From Octopus vulgaris (lineage: Eukaryota), in assembly GCA_951406725.2 (NCBI GenBank), contig OX597814.1, positions 113,336,001 through 113,400,000 of the forward strand: a stretch of 64,000 bases of DNA, in the 5' to 3' direction. A program made the position numbers and the translations under genes. The stretch's first letter is position 1; each line of letters opens with the position of its first letter. Below, piece by piece: positions 57,967 through 64,000 of the stretch. The notes beneath the pieces were generated by a model. That model was not told the origin of the DNA, made no database searches, and was given only the letters and a program-made list of their open reading frames with translations.

Positions 57967-59241
57967 ACATCTATACAGTTTCCAGTGTATGCGACGTTCG
58001 AATTCCGAAGGCAGCATTATAACTTCTGGGGCTTTTTTCCCCTCTTCTGAATGACGCATATGAGACATTGATAGTTTTTACTTCCCCGTTTAATCAGAAG
58101 GAGAGGACAGTGTCAATAAGCTTTTTCCATGTCTCCGAAACCAATTGAGACGGAATGAGGAAAGGAGAAATGTATTTACAAACAGGGAACGTGAGTTGAA
58201 TACTTGTAACAGGCAGAATTCTAGCAAAGGCACCGCCGAGGGATCAGGTGGTGCTGTTAAAATTGGGTGATGGAATCAGTAATTCAGCCAGGTAGGCCAT
58301 GGCTGGATTTGAACTCACGAGCGAACATCTGGAGAAAATACCGCGAAACATCCCACTTCGACGCTCTAATGATTTCAAAAGTTTATCGCTCTTCTTATTG
58401 GGCTCTGAAGAATAAAAAGCTAAGTTGACCTTGGCAGGATTTGAACTCAGAACGCGAAGGGCCAGAATAATTACTCAAGGTTTTTCGTGTGATGCTCTAA
58501 CCACTCAGCTAATTAGATATTTCTATTATTGTAATTATCTAACCCTTGGCCAGTCCTAATTGAGTCGACCAACGATCAAAAACATTCTGGCTGTGAACAT
58601 TTCGTTCCCTGTGCCATGCATAGCCTATCTAGGACTACATTAACTAGCATGTTCTTTCTCATGACGAGAAGGTGTGATTTCAGTGACAATTAGCTGCTAC
58701 TTCTAGCACGCTAAGTGACCACATAGCAACCCTTTGTTTGCCATGTATCGCCATGGTATTTTCCTGATACAGAACCTGATAACTGAGTCAAAGAACAGAT
58801 GGAGATAGACTGAACTATTGCTTTGCTGTCGATCTGTCAATCAACGTTCGACGTGACAGCCACTCAATAAATAACGTTCCACATAATAGCCGATATTAAC
58901 AGACATTATGTACAAATTTAAAACAAAGCACGCAGAACGATCGTAAATCGTGTATCAGATATCCTGATAAGGAAGCTGGTGTCATATGAAATTGAATATA
59001 AAAGAGGAAGAGAGCCGAGGGAGAACTTATATTCCAATCTGTGACAGACGACAACAAAGCGATTAATAGCGAAATACGAAGACAGACAAATAATATATTA
59101 AATATGGAAGGGCAATCATACACGTGTACATATGCATAATGACAGAATGTATGTACGTTAATGCATACATATAAACATACATACATATATACACACACAC
59201 AGAAATATACATACATAATACATACATACATATATAAATAC

Positions 59242-59274
<33 letters not shown>

Positions 59275-59325
59275 AAATTTCTCTCTCATATAAAAAACAC
59301 ACACACATATATATATATATATGAA

Positions 59326-59515
59326 AGGTTTCTCTCAGTTTCCGTCTACCAAATCCACTCACAACGGTTTTGTCGGCTAGAATACAAAGCACATGCTTCA
59401 TAACCACATAGCCCTGAGTTCAGTCCCACAGCGTGGCACTTTGAGCATGTGCTTTGTACTCTAGCCGACAAAACCGTTGTGAGTGGATTTGGTAGACGGA
59501 AACTGAGAGAAACCT
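59326..59515. repeat. 72-bp inverted repeat derived from SINE family B
   Basis: 59326-59397 vs 59444-59515, one mismatch, 46-nt spacer. Confidence 0.85.
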
Positions 59516-59531
59516 GTAATATATATATATA

Positions 59532-59916
59532 CTAGCAGTATCGCCCGGCGTTGCTCAGGTTTGTAAGGGAAATAACTATAAAGCATTTTTAGAGAGTTAT
59601 AGCCAAAAAATAGCAAAAAAATGGAAAAAAATTATGGTAAATTTTTTTTTGATAGTTAAAAAAGGTGGAGTTGCGTCCCCTACACAGTTTGTGGTTTGAG
59701 TTCCTGATTCTCGACCCCATGTCGAATTTATCGATTTTTTTCAGAACTGGGGGAACTTTTCAAAATTTTTGCTGCGTTAGTTTTGAATTATGACATTGGG
59801 CTATGTGTGTGTCAAGTTTCATCAGAATCGGTTGAAAGCCGTGGTCAGGGTGAGGGTACAAGCAAACAGACACACAGAAACACGCACAGACAAACTGCCG
59901 TTTATATATAGAGAGA
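59532..59916 (-). mobile_element. Non-autonomous Helitron
   Basis: Minus 5' TCTCTCTATATA, 3' hairpin then CTAG; inserted between A and T. Confidence 0.75.
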
Positions 59917-60002
59917 TGTCTATGTGTGTGTGTTTTTTATATGTCTGTATTTGTCCTCACCTCAACCGCTTGATACACCCTCGTATATATATATATATAT
60001 GT

Positions 60003-60049
<47 letters not shown>

Positions 60050-60449
60050 CATACACGGAGAGGTTGAATTATATTTTATCTTTTACTTTGGAGGGTTCCA
60101 AAGGGCGATTTCTAACAAAGATTCTTCATATTTTGCTGGTAGCTTTCTGGCGTAAGATTTTTGCAAAAATGAAATTATTACATGTATGTGGTGTGTTATG
60201 AGAATTTATGGTAAGGTATTCCATAGAAACTCAACAAGTATATTAAAAAAATAAAAGAACTGAGGAGAGCAATGATATTTGATTAATTAAATTTAATAAA
60301 ATAATTTTAATTATTTTACCATGTTATTTACATCTTAATTCGAAACGATCGTATGCATGCATTAAAATTCTTTTAAATTTTAACATCTCCATTTTTAACA
60401 TGCTTGTTGAGTTTCTATGAGATACCTTTCCATAAAATCTCGTAACACA

Positions 60450-60495
<46 letters not shown>

Positions 60496-60589
60496 ATGTG
60501 TATATGTATGTATGTGTGTGTGTATATATATATATGTATGTATGTATATATATGTGTGTATATATATATATATATATGTGTTTATGTAT

Positions 60590-60662
<73 letters not shown>

Positions 60663-60666
60663 TGTA

Positions 60667-60707
<41 letters not shown>

Positions 60708-60711
<4 letters not shown>

Positions 60712-60925
60712 GGCGGGTGAGGAAATTCCAGGCTTTGGGTAAAAAAAATACAGGAAGATCAGTTAATTATGATTTTATTCAACACATTTCCTTCTCAGAT
60801 TCACACACTTCTTGCAGCGGTGCTTCAGTTTTTCTAAGCTATGTTGAAGAACTCAGAAGGTTGGGCCTCCAACCAGGCCTTTCGAGACACCTTTAAAGCC
60901 CAAAACTTTTCAGCACCACCTCTTA
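60708..60925. mobile_element. mariner-derived MITE
   Basis: Imperfect TIRs with TA flanks; minus interior AWLEAQPSEFF...EKLKHRCKKCVNLR resembles a transposase C-terminus. Confidence 0.6.
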
Positions 60926-60939
60926 CTCACACACATACC

Positions 60940-60987
<48 letters not shown>

Positions 60988-60990
<3 letters not shown>

Positions 60991-61150
60991 CGGACTTCTT
61001 TCAGTTTCTGTCTACCAAATCCACTCACAAGGCTTTGGTCGATCCGAGGCTATAACAGAAGACACTTGCCCAAGGTGCCACGCAGTTGGATTGAACCCGG
61101 AACCATATGGCTGGTAAACAAGCTACTTACCACACAGCCACTTCTGCACC
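60988..61150 (-). mobile_element. SINE family B 5' half
   Basis: Family B sequence. Confidence 0.75.
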
Positions 61151-61152
61151 TA

Positions 61153-61218
<66 letters not shown>

Positions 61219-61222
61219 ATAT

Positions 61223-61260
<38 letters not shown>

Positions 61261-61875
61261 GTATCGAAACCTGACGCAGACACAAACATAGTTACGAAAC
61301 GGACATCTTAACCGTCCAGCCATGTTGACAATATGATAATAGACTAAATGTCGGCGAGCTGGCAGAAACATTAGCACGCCGGGTGAAATGCTTAGCAATA
61401 TTTCGCCTGTCTTTACATTATGAGTTCAAATCCTGATCTGAGGTCGATCTAATCGCCTGGTCCCTCCCGCCAAAATTTCGTGTCTTGTGCCTAGAGTAGA
61501 AAAGAATATAATAGTAGATGAAGATCGAAAGAGCGAAAAACAAGAAAACAGAAAAACCAAGTGGTTAAACCATAAGTGAATATCAAGAGAAAAATTGATG
61601 TTTGCAGTAAGGGAGATAACTCCGATTTGAAAATTGGATGAAATGGAAAAAAATTGTGAATGTATTAGATGTGAGTGTGTGTGTATGTTTATGTGCGTAT
61701 GTGCGCTTGAGTGTGTATTTCTATTTGTGTGTGTGTGTGTGTGTGCGCGTGTGTGTGAATATGTGTGTATGTTTGGTTATTCTGTTTCATTTTTGCTTTA
61801 CATATCCAAGCGTTGTGTGGACAATTGTATGAATCAATAACCACAGTCCATTGCTTCTCTCACACTCTCTCTCTA

Positions 61876-61915
<40 letters not shown>

Positions 61916-63110
61916 TGTCTATCTACACACACACATATATATATATAAATATATATATGTATATAAATGTATATATATATATATATATGTATATAAATGC
62001 ATATATATATGTATATAAATATATATATATATATATACATACATACATACATACATACATACATACATACATACATACATACATACATACATACATACAT
62101 ACATACATACGTACGTACATACATGCATAGATACATACATACACGTACATATAGATAGAGAGACAGAAAGATACATGCATCCATGCATACACAAATACGC
62201 AGATATAATAACAGAATTTCTAATTAAATAGCGCTCTACACTACACACACACGCACATACACACACTATACCACATACACATACACTCGTAGATACATGC
62301 ACGTATTCATACGCATGTGTGTGTATGTGTGTGTGTATGTATGTATACCTGTATATATGTATGTATGTATGCATATATGTATGTATGTATGCATATATGT
62401 ATGTATGATGTATGTATGATGTATGTATGCATTTATGTATGTATGCATGCATATATGTATGTATGATGTATGTATGATGTATGTATGTATTTATGTATGT
62501 ATGTATGTATGTATTTATGTATGTATGTATGTATGATGTATTTATGTATTTATGTGTGTATGTATATATGCATGTATGTATGTACGCATGTATGTATGTA
62601 TTTATGTATGTATGCATGCATGTATATATGTATGTATTTATGTATGTATGTATTTATGTATGTATGTATACATGTGTATGTATGTATGTATGCATGTATT
62701 TATGTATGTGTGTGTATGTATGTATGTATGTATGTATGTATGTATGTATGTATGTATGGTATGCATGGAGAGACATTGAGATAAATAAAAGCCAAGTTGA
62801 AAAAGACAGATGTTGCATACGTGTGAGGAAAGAAAGAAAGAAAGGAAAGAAGGAAGGAAGAAAGAAAGGAAGAAGGAAAGAAGGAAGGAAGAATGTCGAT
62901 AGAAGGAAAAGAAAGAAAGAAGAGACTAAAGAAATGGAAGGAGTTGGAGTTGATGAGTTAATGGCGGTGGGGGGTTATATAATTTATTCTGGTCACATAT
63001 TTTGGATGGCGACACTGTTTCACGTTTCTAATGTTGAGAGTATCAGGAAAATTCATTTTCTGTGGTCGTTATGTCAACACATGTCATAAGTTTCCAGTTG
63101 TCATCACGCT

Positions 63111-63141
<31 letters not shown>

Positions 63142-63480
63142 ACAACAGCAGCAGCAGTAGCAACAGCAGCAAGGACCACCATCAGCACCACTAGCACCAT
63201 CACCACAGTCACCATCATTACCACCGCCACGACGACGACGACGACCACCACCACCATCATCGTCACCACCACCATTCGCAACAACAATCACGACATGGCC
63301 TATATTAATGAACACACACAAACAAATAGAGAAATAAACTCAAACCAGAAGTAATTAAGCCAGATTACACAGAAAATGCTTGGTTCCTGAGTCACAAGAA
63401 TTTCTGGTTAATTATGGAGAGATTTCGTGAGGTGACTTCTATTCTTTGCCCAGACTATGAGTTTCACTCAGGAAATCATA

Positions 63481-63726
63481 TTGGGTTGGTGCATAATTAT
63501 TGCGGCTTTTTTTCAACAAATTTATTCAACAAAAACAATAACAACATGTAACAAAAACATTTTTAAATGATTATTCCGGAGCATATTCTCCATCTACTTC
63601 AATTACTGCTTCCCATTTACATGGCTGGCGGTCAGACCGTCATTTAAAGATGTTTTTGTTAAATATTGTTTTTGCTGAATAAAATTTGTTGAATAAAATA
63701 CCCGCAATAATTATGCACCAACCCAA
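63481..63726. mobile_element. mariner-derived MITE (Hsmar1/Made1-like TIR)
   Basis: TA|TTGGGTTGGTGCATAATTATTGCGG...CCGCAATAATTATGCACCAACCCAA|TA; ~90-bp imperfect arms; minus interior KWEAVIEVDGEYAPE*. Confidence 0.8.
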
Positions 63727-64000
63727 TAATAAAGAGGACAACACTATTGAGATACGCGCCCCTATGTACGTAAGGTTTTGTTGTGTAGTTAAGAAGCTTG
63801 CTTAAGAACCTTAATACCATGTCAACATTGTAGAATTCTTGATTCTTCAGTTTATCTCCCCTTCTCAAGCGGAACTGGTCATAATTGCCATTTGGTAAGT
63901 TATGACACACCCTCAGAAATCATTCTTTTTTACTCTAGGCACAAGGACCGAAATTTTGGGAGAGTGGACCAGTCGATTAGATTGCTCCCAGTACGCAATT

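Noticed and set aside
63031-63354. Thr-rich mucin-like ORF
   Set aside because: Composed of (ACA/GCA/CCA)n trinucleotide repeats with no splice or domain evidence

Overview
AT-rich, microsatellite-saturated eukaryotic DNA. The SINE repertoire and very dense (TA)/(CA)/(TAA)/(TACA) repeats point to a coleoid cephalopod, probably Octopus (inference). I find no intact protein-coding gene: almost all listed ORFs are microsatellite or SINE translations. Supported content: three tRNA-Pro genes (one AGG, two TGG made by a recent ~341-bp tandem duplication); many copies of at least three tRNA-derived SINE families (labelled A, B, C here); 3' remnants of RTE, CR1/L2-like and restriction-like-endonuclease (R4/Dong-like) retrotransposons; non-autonomous Helitrons; mariner MITEs; and an ~800-bp foldback element. 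The main unexplained signal is a set of hammerhead ribozyme (HHR) motifs in several unrelated non-coding repeat families. These are (i) a 506/507-bp unit in tandem plus inverted arrangement, each unit with a complete type I HHR (retrozyme or Penelope pLTR-like); (ii) a tRNA-headed, Pol III-type element carrying a minimal HHR that integrates in inverted configuration with TSDs (candidate Penelope-mobilised SINE); (iii) an HHR with the compensatory U3-A8 core; and (iv) an HHR with an ~85-nt branched stem II. All folds were read by eye, coordinates were counted by hand, and nothing was verified computationally.
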